The position numbers were made by a program, and so were the translations under genes. This document shows positions 63,339-64,000 of a stretch of DNA of 64,000 nucleotides, one piece after another (the stretch's first letter is position 1; every line of letters begins with the position of its first letter). The notes beneath the pieces are model-generated. The model was not told where the DNA came from and made no database searches. It saw only the letters and a list, made by a program, of their open reading frames with translations. This DNA is from Nitrospirota bacterium. GTDB lineage: Bacteria; Nitrospirota; UBA9217. Where the stretch lies: positions 2,848,001 to 2,912,000 of the forward strand of contig CAVTRN010000002.1 of the NCBI GenBank assembly GCA_963737155.1, read 5' to 3'.

Positions 63339-63827
63339 CTATTGTTTCAACAATTCAACTATTTCTTTTTCATACATCTGTAGAAATTCCTTACCGAACC
63401 CTATATGCACAAATCGTATAACTCCGTCTTTGCCGATGATGCATGCTGTTGGCAACGTTCTAAGGTTATATCCTTTTCTGATGACGTTCTTTTTGTCGAC
63501 AAGAATCGTAAACGCAACCGGGGCCTTCTGGAGAAATTCGGTTACACGCTTTTCGGAAGAATCGATATCTATTCCTATTATTTCAAGCCCATCATTGCTA
63601 TATTTTTTATATAGTGCATCGAGTGCGGGAAGTTCTTCCCGGCATATATCACACCACGGCGCCCAGAAGTCAATAAACACTACTTTGCCCCTAAACTGCT
63701 TCAAGGTAACAACTTTGCCATCCACGTCAATGAGATTGAAATCCGATGCCAAGGTTCCAGTCTGACTGGCATTCGCAAAAACGGGCAGAGTCAACATCAG
63801 TGATAGTATTATGATGATGCTTTTCAT
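63339..63827 (-). CDS. TlpA/ResA-family thiol-disulfide reductase
   Basis: Signal/anchor, FWAPWCDICREE, LPT cis-Pro loop. Confidence 0.92.
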   Translation of the reverse strand: MKSIIIILSLMLTLPVFANASQTGTLASDFNLIDVDGKVVTLKQFRGKVVFIDFWAPWCDICREELPALDALYKKYSNDGLEIIGIDIDSSEKRVTEFLQKAPVAFTILVDKKNVIRKGYNLRTLPTACIIGKDGVIRFVHIGFGKEFLQMYEKEIVELLKQ

Positions 63828-64000
63828 TAACTGAATCTCCTATCATGTGTTCAAAATGCATCGGTGTCCGTAGGATAAAAATAAGCTTTCGTAAACTTGA
63901 TTAATTTTAGCATTGATCTTAAACCGCACATCCAGCTATTCTCCAGAAACTCTTAAAAATACTCCACTCCGGGAATATCGCACCTCGTAAATAGATGAAG

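Overview
Bacterial chromosomal segment of about 50% GC. Gene content suggests an anaerobe or microaerophile of the Nitrospirota/Desulfobacterota type, which is an inference. Its core is a central-carbon region: an aconitase - citrate synthase - succinate-semialdehyde dehydrogenase - ThDP decarboxylase cluster that looks like the cyanobacterial/methanogen 2-oxoglutarate-decarboxylase TCA shunt, followed by glutamate dehydrogenase, ACT-malic enzyme, fumC, sdhCAB (sdhA frameshifted), a LIV ABC transporter and GTP-PEPCK. Also present are pcnB, an EndoQ-like nuclease, PolX, typA, NAD salvage genes (pncA perfectly duplicated in tandem), GH3, plsC and FKBP. Mobile DNA: two IS630 elements (one nested inside a 268-bp MITE with an 8-bp target duplication) and three copies of a hairpin-bounded IS200/IS605-like miniature element. 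Many intergenic gaps are decayed genes not evident from the ORF track (UvrD, TrlF/Ppl defence PHP domain, FBP aldolase/phosphatase, hpt, MarR, DUF1761, SDR, FMN reductase). Best candidates for new biology: the TCA-shunt operon, a tandem kinase-pseudokinase, and a stand-alone YxGPERR arginine-rich peptide coupled to a double-PilZ protein. No rRNA, tRNA or CRISPR array was seen.
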